Below are positions 28,501 through 38,634 of a stretch of 64,000 nt of DNA, in pieces. Source of the DNA: a virus; the IMG/VR virus record IMGVR_UViG_3300042691_041718, positions 64,001 to 128,000 of that record; one strand, written 5' to 3'. Under the pieces are notes generated by a model that made no database searches, was not told the origin of the DNA, and saw only the letters and a program-made list of their open reading frames with translations. The stretch's first letter is position 1. Each line of letters begins with the position of its first letter. The translations under genes and the position numbers were made by a program.

Positions 28501-31500
28501 TTTAAGACCATCTGATTTGAAAATAAACCTAATTGGTCCAAGTGGTGAAATATTAAATGTTATGAATGGAGCATCACAATCAATTAGTGGTTTCACATTT
28601 AGTAACACAACATTTACAACTAAATCAACAGCTGGTACATTAGGAACTTTTTCATCTCCTTATACGGATGTAATTAAAATGAATATGGGTTTAAGTGCTG
28701 GTTCTTATTCTTATGTTAGTACAACAGTTGATTTTAATGATTTGTTAATAGAAGGTAATGCAAAGGGTGATTGGAAATTAGTAATAGAGGATAGTGTATC
28801 AAGTTATATTGGTTATTTGAAAAATTGGTCTATTTTATTCAAAGGAGAGATAAAAGAACCGTTAATTTATACGGATGGTTTCTTAAAATTTGGATACACA
28901 CCAAGATATAATCTACTTGATTATATGACTAGTATAAATAAAACAAATTATGTTAACCCAACATTCTACGCAACAAAAGAGTATTTAACAATGCCTATCT
29001 ATAATGATTTAGAGTTTGGTAGTTTAACAGCATCTAATGTTTATTTGGATTCAGCTGGATTGACAGCATCTGAGGGTAATTATAGTTATAAAGATAATAA
29101 GATATATTTTGGTGATAATTTGAAGTTAGAGTGGGAAAGTATTTTTATTAATACATTTATTGACTTAACAATCTATCAACCATTAGCAAATTTATCAACA
29201 GGTGGAACTTTCTCTTCTGAAAGATTATTAGTTACAAATAAGTATTATGATTCAATCAAATCTGGATACGTTATAGAGTTTCATAGAAATGTTAATTTCG
29301 AATTAAATACTGCTATAGGTGGATCAAAATTAAACATTACATCTAGAAGAACTTTAGAGCAAATAAGTGATGATTTACAAGAATTGAATAATATTCAAAG
29401 AAGACTTAGTAAACAAACTGAAATACATAGTGGCCAAACATATGATAATTATGAAAGAGAACTTAATTTTAAGATATCAACAGATTCATATGCAAAAATA
29501 TTACTTTCTGATGTTGATACATATCAAAACTTAACTGGTTTAATTTACACGGATTATAAGAATGAGTTGGCTATGAATTTAACTAGAATGGAAAAAGATT
29601 ATAAAATCTCCATTAATAATACAGCTAATGTGAATGGTAAACTTTATGTTCGTTGTAACGAAAAACATGAATTGGGAAATGGTGATGGTGTTATTTTAGA
29701 GTTTATTGGTGGTACATATTCATCTGAATATTTAAATCAACAATATTTTGGTTATCATATAGTTACACAAGTTTATAATGAATATGATTTCTTAACAGAA
29801 GTTGATTACGGACAAAATGTTTACTTAGGTAATGATATAGGTTATGTTAAATATGTCAAAAAAGATCCTTTCTTTAATTATGAGCCTGTTGATTTAATTG
29901 ATGTTTCTTTAAATAAAAGAGCTAAACAATCTATTCAATTAGATACCGATAATACAAAAATTGAAGGATCTACTTATAGCTTAGTTAATGTTGATTACAA
30001 TAGATATAGATTTAGATTAGTTGATAATCTAACATTTGATGATCTACATACTAAATATCCTTGGGTATTAGAGGCTGAAATCTCAGATGCTTTAATTGGT
30101 GAAGATGAGAATGGTATAGTTTGGTACAAAGGTATTTGGGAGTTTGGTAGATGGTTTGGTGGTACTTGGTATTCTGGTCAATGGAGATATGGAGATTGGT
30201 ATGAAGGTAACTGGTATTCAAGAAATGTAAGAGACTTAAAACTTTCTGTTAAAGTTGATGAAGTTGATGATTTCACAAAATCTGTTTGGTTTACAGGTAG
30301 ATGGTATGATGGAACTTGGAATGATGGTACTTGGAGAGCAGGTAGATGGTATGATGGAACTTGGAATAAAGGTTCTTGGTATAATGGTATCTGGAATGAT
30401 GGAACTTGGAATAATGGTAGTTTCATTGGTGGTATATGGGTTGAAGGTACTTGGAATTCAGGTAATTTTAATACTGATAATGAACCAGCTTATTGGATCG
30501 ATGGCGATTGGTATGGTGGTGACTTTGAAAATGGTATCTGGTATAATGGTATATTTGAGCAAAGAAATGGATTATCTAGATTTGGTACAAATGCTTATAA
30601 CAGTAGAACAGCTACTTGGAATGGTGGTACTTTTAAAGGTGGTAGTTTCTATTCAAACTTAAAATTATTATCAAATGCTTCGGAAACAAACAAGTATTCA
30701 ATATGGAAAACTGGTAAGTTTTTAAATGGTGATTGGTATGGTGGAATTGCATATAATATGGAGTTTACATCAGGTGTTTGGCATGGTGGTATACTAGAAG
30801 ATATTGAAATTATAGGACTAAATGAAACTAATAACTCATTTATATTAAATGGTATATTTAGATTTAATATAGGAGATGTTATCTACGTTACAGATAAATT
30901 TAACAACTCTGGTTTAAGTACATATGGAAGTCTTAGTGAACCAAAAAAATATACAATTTTAAGATGTGTATTAGATGAGGTTAATAAAATTACGGAGATT
31001 TATATTGATTATAATATATCATTAAGTGATTATATTGGTATTTTCAAATCTGATGTTAAAGATGGTACAATGGTTAATAGCATCTATGGTAATTCAAGTA
31101 TATCTACTGGTTACTCTGGTTCTATTGTAGAATATTTCTACACGGATGAAATTGAGGATAAAATAAATAATGTTAGAGTTAAAATAAATTTAGAAACTAA
31201 TCCAGGTTTAACACAGTCTTTATCATATCTAATGATAAATCTTAAAGCTCCTAATGGTAATGTTATAAATGTTAAAAAGTTGGGTGTTGGTGATACCGAT
31301 ATTTATTTGAAAAATACTGTATTTACTGGTACTCAATCAACTGAATTTTCTTTAGGATCACCTCTTTATGATGGAGTTTATGAATTTTCAGGGGCTACTG
31401 GAGCTACCGGAGTTGGAGATTATTTGGTAACAACCAATAACGTTGAAGATTTATTTAAAAATACAACAAAGGGTTATTGGGAAGTCTTTATAAAATCATT

Positions 31501-31735
31501 TGATGGTTTAGATGTTAAAGTTAATGATCTAAGATTAGAATTCTGTTACTCTGATAAAATTGGTGCTCAATTAAACAATCCGATAACAAACGGATTTGAT
31601 ACTGGTTTAAGAATTGTTAGTAAGTTTACAAATGCTAATTGGAAATCCGGAATTTGGACAAATGGTATTTATGAAAGCGGTTTATATGAGACTGGTATTT
31701 GGTATGATGGTATATTTAAAGGAACTTGGGGATAA
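25592..31735 (+). CDS. Giant putative virion (tail/baseplate) protein
   Basis: 2047 aa; BNR/Ycf48-like propeller blades (GVIVGDYNTIYITNDGGEKW), two proprotein-convertase P-domain-like modules, and a long G-x-W-x-x pentapeptide tract. Confidence 0.7.
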   Translation: MWKYNSDYGKWFTKTDSLLKEDFDFYKQELVATRFYSKALSGSAYVAIDDVNNLYDVINAWKPRNWFVSTLSSNFAYTPQPTKFPTPIDTNSQYDFYTKNLKEYSLTLKNLFTPERLMKDILANYIQVDVATTQQIDLTLELDNYYIDDIKLKDGHKVLVKDQVTFEILDISVNPDEYFKGPYTIVNEEGLDIEYQYYSNENGLYEFRNRKLVKLNDLDDYEKCSRLSVYVKMGTTNQNKQFSVRRLLNGFYPTSFRNEPMEFVEKHNWLLRNRVDYNNLFETNYYDIFRHGTQSIYISGVTYSIPERTIAVGEFGTIVNTQDGYSNIIPCKYKDNLRSITSTENYYWICGDNTTLLRIGKHDFEIKNIKLDTYTNLRSISFVNNLRGVIVGDYNTIYITNDGGEKWQLLDFTSFREYNYNKVIFVTDTKFYIGGKSGVFLEISEDINGWSARKRRVSRQIDDEDEYVLVDHINDLWKTSISGWGLSYSYYTQSISSPKDLVFMAVDGGKIIAYNENNFIDSDFIYFDFDKNYGDIKNITQQKGTNNFFFSNDDGIYKFDISDFKYYGVGNTYSNTIISATAPSKISSLYANSLYDYRGEYLLISGNYTLVKSSTHSSSYDFVDLDSTFFSKLKSKLLFIDYDMGSKLNFFTDEGNYRLPNSTIIKQNVFSESTELTFNNLVYGATAPSFMTQSEVTWYDYWCDREKTFEYYSVNPLSNSSKVLISKTFSGTTQFTVATVSFVNTNTVDLLKLAPSFNYTGTQSSRYKHIGASISSVGGSNFTLYLKDYLMVLGVTNSTSAVSNNKSFDVDLGDVLRIESGVVEGNFIVNRIENFTNSNKYIYMFSDFSGDIIKNLKTSTSSIVLKNLNKFYNSDDLITNFNSHPLGIGYKMSDYGDGYLKIDPKFNNYTSYYNLATEIHVNSDNDYLEFNSSDFLYYGIPDGTSSVPQTLNCNSNVYPTEIRVNFNLYHLRPSDLKINLIGPSGEILNVMNGASQSISGFTFSNTTFTTKSTAGTLGTFSSPYTDVIKMNMGLSAGSYSYVSTTVDFNDLLIEGNAKGDWKLVIEDSVSSYIGYLKNWSILFKGEIKEPLIYTDGFLKFGYTPRYNLLDYMTSINKTNYVNPTFYATKEYLTMPIYNDLEFGSLTASNVYLDSAGLTASEGNYSYKDNKIYFGDNLKLEWESIFINTFIDLTIYQPLANLSTGGTFSSERLLVTNKYYDSIKSGYVIEFHRNVNFELNTAIGGSKLNITSRRTLEQISDDLQELNNIQRRLSKQTEIHSGQTYDNYERELNFKISTDSYAKILLSDVDTYQNLTGLIYTDYKNELAMNLTRMEKDYKISINNTANVNGKLYVRCNEKHELGNGDGVILEFIGGTYSSEYLNQQYFGYHIVTQVYNEYDFLTEVDYGQNVYLGNDIGYVKYVKKDPFFNYEPVDLIDVSLNKRAKQSIQLDTDNTKIEGSTYSLVNVDYNRYRFRLVDNLTFDDLHTKYPWVLEAEISDALIGEDENGIVWYKGIWEFGRWFGGTWYSGQWRYGDWYEGNWYSRNVRDLKLSVKVDEVDDFTKSVWFTGRWYDGTWNDGTWRAGRWYDGTWNKGSWYNGIWNDGTWNNGSFIGGIWVEGTWNSGNFNTDNEPAYWIDGDWYGGDFENGIWYNGIFEQRNGLSRFGTNAYNSRTATWNGGTFKGGSFYSNLKLLSNASETNKYSIWKTGKFLNGDWYGGIAYNMEFTSGVWHGGILEDIEIIGLNETNNSFILNGIFRFNIGDVIYVTDKFNNSGLSTYGSLSEPKKYTILRCVLDEVNKITEIYIDYNISLSDYIGIFKSDVKDGTMVNSIYGNSSISTGYSGSIVEYFYTDEIEDKINNVRVKINLETNPGLTQSLSYLMINLKAPNGNVINVKKLGVGDTDIYLKNTVFTGTQSTEFSLGSPLYDGVYEFSGATGATGVGDYLVTTNNVEDLFKNTTKGYWEVFIKSFDGLDVKVNDLRLEFCYSDKIGAQLNNPITNGFDTGLRIVSKFTNANWKSGIWTNGIYESGLYETGIWYDGIFKGTWG

Positions 31736-31763
31736 ATCATTTTTTAAAAATAATATATAATTT

Positions 31764-32183
31764 ATGATTAAGAGATATAAACAATTTATTACAGAAGCGA
31801 ATGAGTCTAACACTGAAATTTCTCAGGAGATTAAAGACAATTTAAAGGAAATGATTGAAAAAACTATTGAGAAAAGTGGTGGTGATTTCAATTCATTTGT
31901 TGAAAAATTTATCAAAGAACCAGAAAATACTAAAATTGAAGGTTTGATAAACGATAGTGATATATTTGATTTTTATCTTAAATGGCGAAACGATGTAGAT
32001 CCAATTCTAAATGATATTAAATTCTATGATCAATCTCCTACTAAAATTGGTAAGTTAGGTTTATATGAGTATGTCGTAGCTGGAACTCAAAGAGCGATAG
32101 AAGAAGTTGTTAAAGGATTAACTGGTAGTGAAGGTAATCAAGCTCAAGAGGTAAATTCTCAAGCTCAGTCACCAGAAGCTTAA
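31764..32183 (+). CDS. Putative head-internal protein (capsid-targeting-like N-terminus)
   Basis: Starts MIKRYKQFITEA; late motif 4 nt upstream. Confidence 0.55.
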   Translation: MIKRYKQFITEANESNTEISQEIKDNLKEMIEKTIEKSGGDFNSFVEKFIKEPENTKIEGLINDSDIFDFYLKWRNDVDPILNDIKFYDQSPTKIGKLGLYEYVVAGTQRAIEEVVKGLTGSEGNQAQEVNSQAQSPEA

Positions 32184-32614
32184 ATATTTATAAAATCAAC
32201 ACCAGGAATATTTTCAATTTTCTTTTGTATGTTATCCAACATCCTTAATGTATTCATAGTTGCTATTATTTTTATTTTGAAATCTTTTTCAACTTCTAAT
32301 AAATATTTTATTTTCTCAATATACGTTTTTTTATCGGTTATTTTATTTAACGAATCTACTACTACAAAGTCTAAGTCATTATTTAATAAACCACCTCTTT
32401 CCAAAACTCTATATTTAATATCCATTAAAAGACATTTATTCATTAATGTGTATTCTATTTTATTCTCTTTTAAAGATTTAATAACAGAATTATCCTTATC
32501 TAATGTCAGATATAATGATCTCTTGTTATTTTTTACTAAGTCAATTGCTAATCTTGACTTACCACTTAACATCTCACCTTGAATAATAATCATAGCTTTT
32601 AATTTGAGATACAA
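32180..32614 (-). CDS. Small P-loop NTPase-like protein (RecA/DnaB-like core)
   Basis: IIIQGEMLSGKS (Walker A) and VVVDS (Walker B). ATG 32593 is the likelier start because TATATTTG lies at 32612..32619. Confidence 0.6.
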   Translation of the reverse strand: MYLKLKAMIIIQGEMLSGKSRLAIDLVKNNKRSLYLTLDKDNSVIKSLKENKIEYTLMNKCLLMDIKYRVLERGGLLNNDLDFVVVDSLNKITDKKTYIEKIKYLLEVEKDFKIKIIATMNTLRMLDNIQKKIENIPGVDFINI

Positions 32615-32678
32615 ATATAAAAATAAAAACGGAAATATGAAATGTTTATATATAGAATATAAAATAAAATTTAAATAA

Positions 32679-35390
32679 ATGGCAAGTACACCACTTTATA
32701 AAGGATTAAAATCAAACGGAACTTCTTTTTACGCTTTTCCAGGAGCAGCAGAAGATATATCAGCTGCTTATCAAAATAGTAATTATAAAATGTATTTTTC
32801 TAAATATGTTTTATTAAACTTACCTAAAAGAAATTTAAGTGCTGGTACACAATCAAGTCAAATATATTTTGATTTTGATAGTGCTTTTAAAAAATCTCAA
32901 AATTATTCGGCTCCATCATCATTTAGTGATCAAATTGTAGAGTCTTTGAGAAATTATGTTGCTAACCAAGAAGTAGTTATAAGAGAGAGTAGATTAAATA
33001 ATACAGATTATTATTATAATACAAACTCACTCGAAACAACAACTGAAAAGTTATTTTTTAAATGGTGTAAAAAATTAAATTTAATTGATTTTGAACCTGC
33101 TATTCCTGATGATGAATACTTTAGTAATCTACCAGTATTTGAGAGAAGAAATTTAAATGATGATGAATACTTTCCTGAATATTTATGGAAAGAAAGAGAG
33201 GTTGTTGATTGGGACACTATTTCATTTTATGAAACTGGTGAGTCTGGATTTCTTAATAAATTAGAAATAGAATTTAATGGTGAAACTAACTTCAAAGTTG
33301 GTGATACTATAAGAATTTATAATGTTTCTAATTCGAGTATTTATAATAATGATTTATATAATAACGATTTATTAGATTCCGCAACAGAAGACGGTAAATA
33401 TACAAAAGTACTTAGTGTTATACCATCTAATGCTACAAGAGGTCAAAGAATCGTAGTTGATATACTGTTTTCGAACACTCAATTAGGAACTCAATCTGAG
33501 TCTTCTGGTCAAGCGGCATTGGTTTATCATAGACTTGTTCAATATATTGGTGAGATTAATGGTGTTTCAAATGTTCAAGAAGCAAATAGGTCATATACTG
33601 AAGTTTATGCTCATATTCCAGATCATACTGGAATGACACCTGATATTCTTTTCAGAACTATGTATGATACAAATTATAAACCAAATTTAACTTTCCCAAT
33701 TGTACCTAGTCAATACCAAGCTGAAATTATGGGAGCTGAGAATTTTACATCACCAATAGTAAGCTCGCCTTTAAACTATCCAGGATCTTATTTTGGACAA
33801 TTTGATACATTAGATTTCACGTATGAAACATCTACTGGTGATAGTTTAAGAAGAAGTGGTGATTATTTTGGTGTTAGTGGTGATATAAACAACCCAGTTG
33901 TAGATACATCTGGTATGGATGGTATCACATTAGATTTTAACACAAGTCACTATGTAAAAATGAATTTAGCTAATAGAGTAATTACTAACTTTGAACAGTT
34001 TAATGCTCTTGAAGTTAATAACACACCACCGGATAGTTTTGAATTTAATGCTATTTTGTGGTATTATACTGTTGAGGATGATAAAGGAAATACATTCACT
34101 AACTTATATGGAATATCATTCTTAGATAATCCAGCTAATAACTTATTACAAAGTGAAATTGGTATAAAATTCCCTACGTATAAAAAGTTAGTTTCAACTA
34201 GTGATCAAGATGGAACATCATTTGCTTTTAGTTTAAATTTAAATTTTAATATAATTAATGATAATGTTCAGGAAACATATAACCCAGAGGCAATAAATTC
34301 AATGTTTAGTATGAATTTATTTAACAAAGCTATGCAAAGACTTTCTTCTGTTAATGATTCATTTCTAAATATTTTAGTTGAACAAAATCAATTAAGAGCA
34401 GACTTACAAGATTTAAAATCTTTAATATATTCACAGTCTGATATTAATATCATTAATTCCAGAATTAATAGTTTAAATGATTTGTTAAGATTATATGCAA
34501 CTAATCAAATCGTTTCATCTGATTCAATTGATGTGACTACACTACCTGGGTCACCACCAAGTATATCATTAAATAGTATAGATCCACTTTATAATAAAAT
34601 AGATTATATAAAAACTACTGATTTATATAGCGCTACTGGTATAATACCACTAAGTTTAGATGTTCCTACAAATAAAAGTTGGTTAGTTTATATTTCTAAT
34701 AACGATGAAGTACCATTTACACTACCAAATAATGATAAATTAACTGTTTATTTGAGTAGAGATTTGGATTTCAAACAATCTGTTGAGTTTTATATTAATC
34801 CAACAATAACATCATCTCAAAATAAAAAAATGGATATTTATATAAATTCTGATATAACTGGAACAACGACTGCTCTTACACAGGTATTACTTCTTGGTAA
34901 TATAGATCTACCAGTTAGTTATAACTTAGTTAATGGATCTCAAAACTCATCTTATCTATGGAAAGATTTTAATTTTGATATTAACTTTAATGAAACTATG
35001 ACTTTAAAATCAGGTCCAGTGATTGATGTACCAATTGATGGTAGTAGTAACTTAATATACAATTCAATAAAGGCTGGTGATACACTAACTTTAAATAACT
35101 TTTTTGTTGGAACATCTTCGGTTTATGATTTTTCAGGACAATATACAGTAACAACGGTTGGTTTGACTAGCTCATATATCACATTAGATGTTAGTAATAA
35201 TTTGAGTTTAAAAAGTTTTGGTACAACAGCTTCACTACCAATGATTTTGAATAGTTCAACTGCTTCTATGTTATCTAATAAGCCATACTTTAGTTTAAAT
35301 AAAGGTAAAAAGATTATTGTTACTAGGATTTCTGAAAATTCCACAGTATTATCTGAAAGATATAGAGTAGAAATTATAGATTTAAAATAA
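32679..35390 (+). CDS. Putative virion structural protein
   Basis: 903 aa; coiled-coil segment; beta-rich Ser/Thr/Asn composition; late-type motif upstream; in the structural cluster. Confidence 0.55.
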   Translation: MASTPLYKGLKSNGTSFYAFPGAAEDISAAYQNSNYKMYFSKYVLLNLPKRNLSAGTQSSQIYFDFDSAFKKSQNYSAPSSFSDQIVESLRNYVANQEVVIRESRLNNTDYYYNTNSLETTTEKLFFKWCKKLNLIDFEPAIPDDEYFSNLPVFERRNLNDDEYFPEYLWKEREVVDWDTISFYETGESGFLNKLEIEFNGETNFKVGDTIRIYNVSNSSIYNNDLYNNDLLDSATEDGKYTKVLSVIPSNATRGQRIVVDILFSNTQLGTQSESSGQAALVYHRLVQYIGEINGVSNVQEANRSYTEVYAHIPDHTGMTPDILFRTMYDTNYKPNLTFPIVPSQYQAEIMGAENFTSPIVSSPLNYPGSYFGQFDTLDFTYETSTGDSLRRSGDYFGVSGDINNPVVDTSGMDGITLDFNTSHYVKMNLANRVITNFEQFNALEVNNTPPDSFEFNAILWYYTVEDDKGNTFTNLYGISFLDNPANNLLQSEIGIKFPTYKKLVSTSDQDGTSFAFSLNLNFNIINDNVQETYNPEAINSMFSMNLFNKAMQRLSSVNDSFLNILVEQNQLRADLQDLKSLIYSQSDINIINSRINSLNDLLRLYATNQIVSSDSIDVTTLPGSPPSISLNSIDPLYNKIDYIKTTDLYSATGIIPLSLDVPTNKSWLVYISNNDEVPFTLPNNDKLTVYLSRDLDFKQSVEFYINPTITSSQNKKMDIYINSDITGTTTALTQVLLLGNIDLPVSYNLVNGSQNSSYLWKDFNFDINFNETMTLKSGPVIDVPIDGSSNLIYNSIKAGDTLTLNNFFVGTSSVYDFSGQYTVTTVGLTSSYITLDVSNNLSLKSFGTTASLPMILNSSTASMLSNKPYFSLNKGKKIIVTRISENSTVLSERYRVEIIDLK

Positions 35391-35437
35391 ATGTCGGTTT
35401 TATATTTTAATATATACATTAAAATATAAAACTAAAT

Positions 35438-36580
35438 ATGAGTGTAGTATGTGGCGGTTCTTTATTTGGACCAAGTAGTCAATATATTAAGACAAATGGT
35501 GGTGACTTTATTGCAACTGAAGGTTCTAATATTAGAGAAAGATTGATGCTTTCTGATTTAAGAATACCTTATAAACAAATTTTAAAAAGTAGAATTATTC
35601 TTAAAAAAGGTCAAACTAATTATCTATTAAATCATTTAGGATTAGGAGATAATGCTACTTTTCTTTCTATAAAGGCTGTTTATGATGTAAAATCAAAAGT
35701 TGAAGCTGATAATTATGTTCAGTATAGTTATTATAACTACCCAGTTCAGATTTTTAGTTTTGCTCAATTATTGGTTTTAACCGGTAATTCATCAAATAGA
35801 GTTCCTCAATTATATTTGAATAACCCAAATGTTAATTATCCGGTTTATTTAGATGTCATGGTTGCTGTTATTGATGATAATTATTCGGTATTTAATGATT
35901 ATATAAATCAATCAGGAACATCATTTACTGGTTTGGAATTCACTGATATTAAATCTTATGTTGTCGGTGAATCTATTGTTATTTATGATAAAAATACAAC
36001 ACCAAGAGCACTTATTTACTTAGAATTAGTTTATATAAATTCAATAACATTAGATAGTAACTTTATTATTATAGATGATGAAAGTCAGGGTATGATATTT
36101 TTACAATTTTTAACAGAGTTTGATGCTAATCAAGCACATTCACTTCTAAATTATATTTTAGAAAATCCTACTGTTAATATTAATGATATAGATCCACTTG
36201 TGGATTCAGTACAACCGGTTATTTATTTCAATTCAAAATCTGGATCAATGGGTAGTTATATAGAATTTAATAGTGCAACTTATGGTGTTCCATATGATAC
36301 ATCATATGGTTTTACATTTTCTACTTCTATAAGTCTATCCACTTATGGAACTTCAAGTGTTATACAAAAAGATAGATTGATTGAATTGTTAATTGATCAT
36401 GTTAGTGATAATAGAGATGGTATTATAAATCTTATGGATTCAAATTTAATAATTTCAGGAGTATCAGGAATTGTTCACTCAATTACAAACATAGGTACGT
36501 ATTCTGTTACATTTAACTTCATGGATTTGGCTAAAAATAAGTTAGATCATGTATTTGTTAACTTAGATATAGTAAATTAA
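35438..36580 (+). CDS. Putative virion structural protein
   Basis: 380 aa; C-terminal Ig-like segment (GTYSVTFNFMD); TAATATATA at 35408..35416. Confidence 0.5.
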   Translation: MSVVCGGSLFGPSSQYIKTNGGDFIATEGSNIRERLMLSDLRIPYKQILKSRIILKKGQTNYLLNHLGLGDNATFLSIKAVYDVKSKVEADNYVQYSYYNYPVQIFSFAQLLVLTGNSSNRVPQLYLNNPNVNYPVYLDVMVAVIDDNYSVFNDYINQSGTSFTGLEFTDIKSYVVGESIVIYDKNTTPRALIYLELVYINSITLDSNFIIIDDESQGMIFLQFLTEFDANQAHSLLNYILENPTVNINDIDPLVDSVQPVIYFNSKSGSMGSYIEFNSATYGVPYDTSYGFTFSTSISLSTYGTSSVIQKDRLIELLIDHVSDNRDGIINLMDSNLIISGVSGIVHSITNIGTYSVTFNFMDLAKNKLDHVFVNLDIVN

Positions 36581-36597
36581 AAATAATTAATAAAAAA

Positions 36598-37593
36598 ATG
36601 AGATATAGTTGGGATAAATTTTTAAGACCTTTTTCAATGAATGATGTAAATGTTCAGGTTATGAATGATGATGGAGTTGTTACTCACACCATTAACCCAA
36701 GTACAATATTAAATGTCATGGTTAATAACAACCTAGTTAAGGTTAGTTTGAAAAGTGGTAGAGTTGTTATTATACCATTTTCAACATTAAATGAGGCTAA
36801 AATGGCTCTTCCAAGAATTAAACAATTAATAAGTGATCTAAATAAGAGAACTGGTAGAAAATACCTAAATAAGTTATCCAAATCATTTTATTATCAAAGT
36901 AATATTCCGGATGGGACATATACGGATTTTATAGAACCTGGTTCATTTTGGTATGATACCGAATTTGGATTTCTATATATTTATATACTTGATAATATAT
37001 CTGGTTATAACTGGGTAACAGCGGTTGGTGAAATTGGTCCACAAGGAGATCCAGGTTTAAGTGCTTATGAGGTTTGGTTAAACGAGGGAAATATTGGATC
37101 ATTAGATACATTTTTCTCATCAATAAGTGGTACATCCGGGACTGATGGTACATCCGGAACAAGTGGTACATCCGGTGTTTCAGGAACAAGTGGTACATCC
37201 GGGACTGATGGTACATCCGGAACAAGCTATACACCAACATCCGGATCTTGGATATTATCTCCTGGTTCAAACACAGTTAGTTTTACAGTTCCAGTTGGAA
37301 ATTCATATGTTATGTGGGTTAATGGTAATATACCAAATGGTATTATTAATTGGAATGCGACGGTTACTATTTCAAATATAAATGTTCCAGTTATTGGAAA
37401 TCAATATGGTTGGTATTATTTAGCAGGAAATCAATTGGTTTTAGATTCAATACCAAGTCATATAATTGGAACATCTGGTTCTATAATCACGACCGATCCA
37501 AATCCAGTAAATAGTAATACTTTTACATTTGGAATAACTAATAATACGAGTGAAAACCAAATGGTTTATTATGGATATATAAAAGTATCTTAA
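36598..37593 (+). CDS. Tail-fibre-like protein with collagen-like and SGT triplet repeats
   Basis: GEIGPQGDPGLSAYEVW and SGTSGTDGTSGTSGTSGVSG. Confidence 0.6.
   Translation: MRYSWDKFLRPFSMNDVNVQVMNDDGVVTHTINPSTILNVMVNNNLVKVSLKSGRVVIIPFSTLNEAKMALPRIKQLISDLNKRTGRKYLNKLSKSFYYQSNIPDGTYTDFIEPGSFWYDTEFGFLYIYILDNISGYNWVTAVGEIGPQGDPGLSAYEVWLNEGNIGSLDTFFSSISGTSGTDGTSGTSGTSGVSGTSGTSGTDGTSGTSYTPTSGSWILSPGSNTVSFTVPVGNSYVMWVNGNIPNGIINWNATVTISNINVPVIGNQYGWYYLAGNQLVLDSIPSHIIGTSGSIITTDPNPVNSNTFTFGITNNTSENQMVYYGYIKVS
37125..37226 (+). repeat. Two exact 39-bp direct repeats (63-bp period) encoding SGT triplets
   Basis: AAGTGGTACATCCGGGACTGATGGTACATCCGGAACAAG at 37125..37163 and 37188..37226. Confidence 0.9.
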
Positions 37594-37616
37594 ATAAAAA
37601 AAAATAATAATACAAA

Positions 37617-38156
37617 ATGTTAATAAGTTGGCCATTAAATAAAAACATAGGTGATATTTATACTAGTCCAAATGGATCTAAATGGAGATGGTCTGGTAAA
37701 GCATGGGTTTCTCTAAGAGAAAATCCAATTCTTGCATTGGGTCCGGCAGGAACATATGAATTCTCACACTGCCCAATGGATCCAGTTGATGATATGAGAT
37801 ATTATATTGGTAATATTCCGGATCTACCAGCTCAATCAAACGGTTCAATAAAATCAAGAAGGATTAAATCATTAATAGGAGGTTCAATTAAACATATTAG
37901 TATAATGACTCAAATTTTAGGAGAAGTTGGTAGTAATGATCCTCAAATTTTTATAATAAATAATTATACTTCTGGACAATCATCGATAGTAACTTCTAAT
38001 TATATAAATTATTCGAATAGTCAATTAGATAACTACGAATTACAAAATAAATTAGATGTTTCTATTAATGATGAATTAGAAATAATATGGGAAGTTCCTG
38101 TTTTTAGTTCAAGTCCTACTAGTGTTAGACATAATTTTATAATATCAATTGAATAA
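37617..38156 (+). CDS. Putative tail-fibre-associated protein
   Basis: N-terminal WP.N...GD.Y...NG.KWRWSGKAW motif typical of phage fibre modules. Confidence 0.5.
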   Translation: MLISWPLNKNIGDIYTSPNGSKWRWSGKAWVSLRENPILALGPAGTYEFSHCPMDPVDDMRYYIGNIPDLPAQSNGSIKSRRIKSLIGGSIKHISIMTQILGEVGSNDPQIFIINNYTSGQSSIVTSNYINYSNSQLDNYELQNKLDVSINDELEIIWEVPVFSSSPTSVRHNFIISIE

Positions 38157-38157
38157 T

Positions 38158-38189
38158 AAAAAAAACCACTCATTTGAGTGGTTTTTTTT
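38158..38189. terminator. Bidirectional intrinsic terminator
   Basis: AAAAAAACCACTCA-TT-TGAGTGGTTTTTTT. Confidence 0.85.
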
Positions 38190-38634
38190 ATACTTTATAA
38201 ATACCTGACTTTTTTGAAGAATCTAAAAAACGACCTACTTTTATCATTATTGGATAAGCTGGTAAATCATGAGTTGATTTATAATCAACACTATCCATTT
38301 CCCCAATACTCCAAACTAATCTAATACAATCTTTTACATTATCACTTGTAAGCCTTTCAAATATTTCACAATATCTATTATAAACTTCATTAGCAACTTC
38401 TTCAATTATTTCCGGTTCGGTAACACATCCTGGATCAACTCCTTTATCCATAGGAATTACAATACCTTCTTTAGAGTTTATATCAGAAACTAATAAATCC
38501 AATTCATCAGATAGATCTTTTGGTATAACTCTACTTATATGTAAATAATTTAACCATTCAAGTCTGTGTCCTTTTGGGAAAACAGTTTTTAGATAAAATA
38601 CACCGTACTCTTTAGTTTGATTTAACATAGTCAA
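38188..38634 (-). CDS. Hypothetical protein
   Basis: 148 aa ORF in the leftward operon. Confidence 0.6.
   Translation of the reverse strand: MTMLNQTKEYGVFYLKTVFPKGHRLEWLNYLHISRVIPKDLSDELDLLVSDINSKEGIVIPMDKGVDPGCVTEPEIIEEVANEVYNRYCEIFERLTSDNVKDCIRLVWSIGEMDSVDYKSTHDLPAYPIMIKVGRFLDSSKKSGIYKV

Noticed and set aside
30090-30800. CRISPR array or DGR template/variable repeat in the Trp-rich periodic region
   Set aside because: The periodicity is 15 nt, in frame and degenerate (a G-x-W-x-x coding solenoid). There are no identical repeats with unique spacers, no adenine-specific mismatch pattern and no reverse transcriptase.
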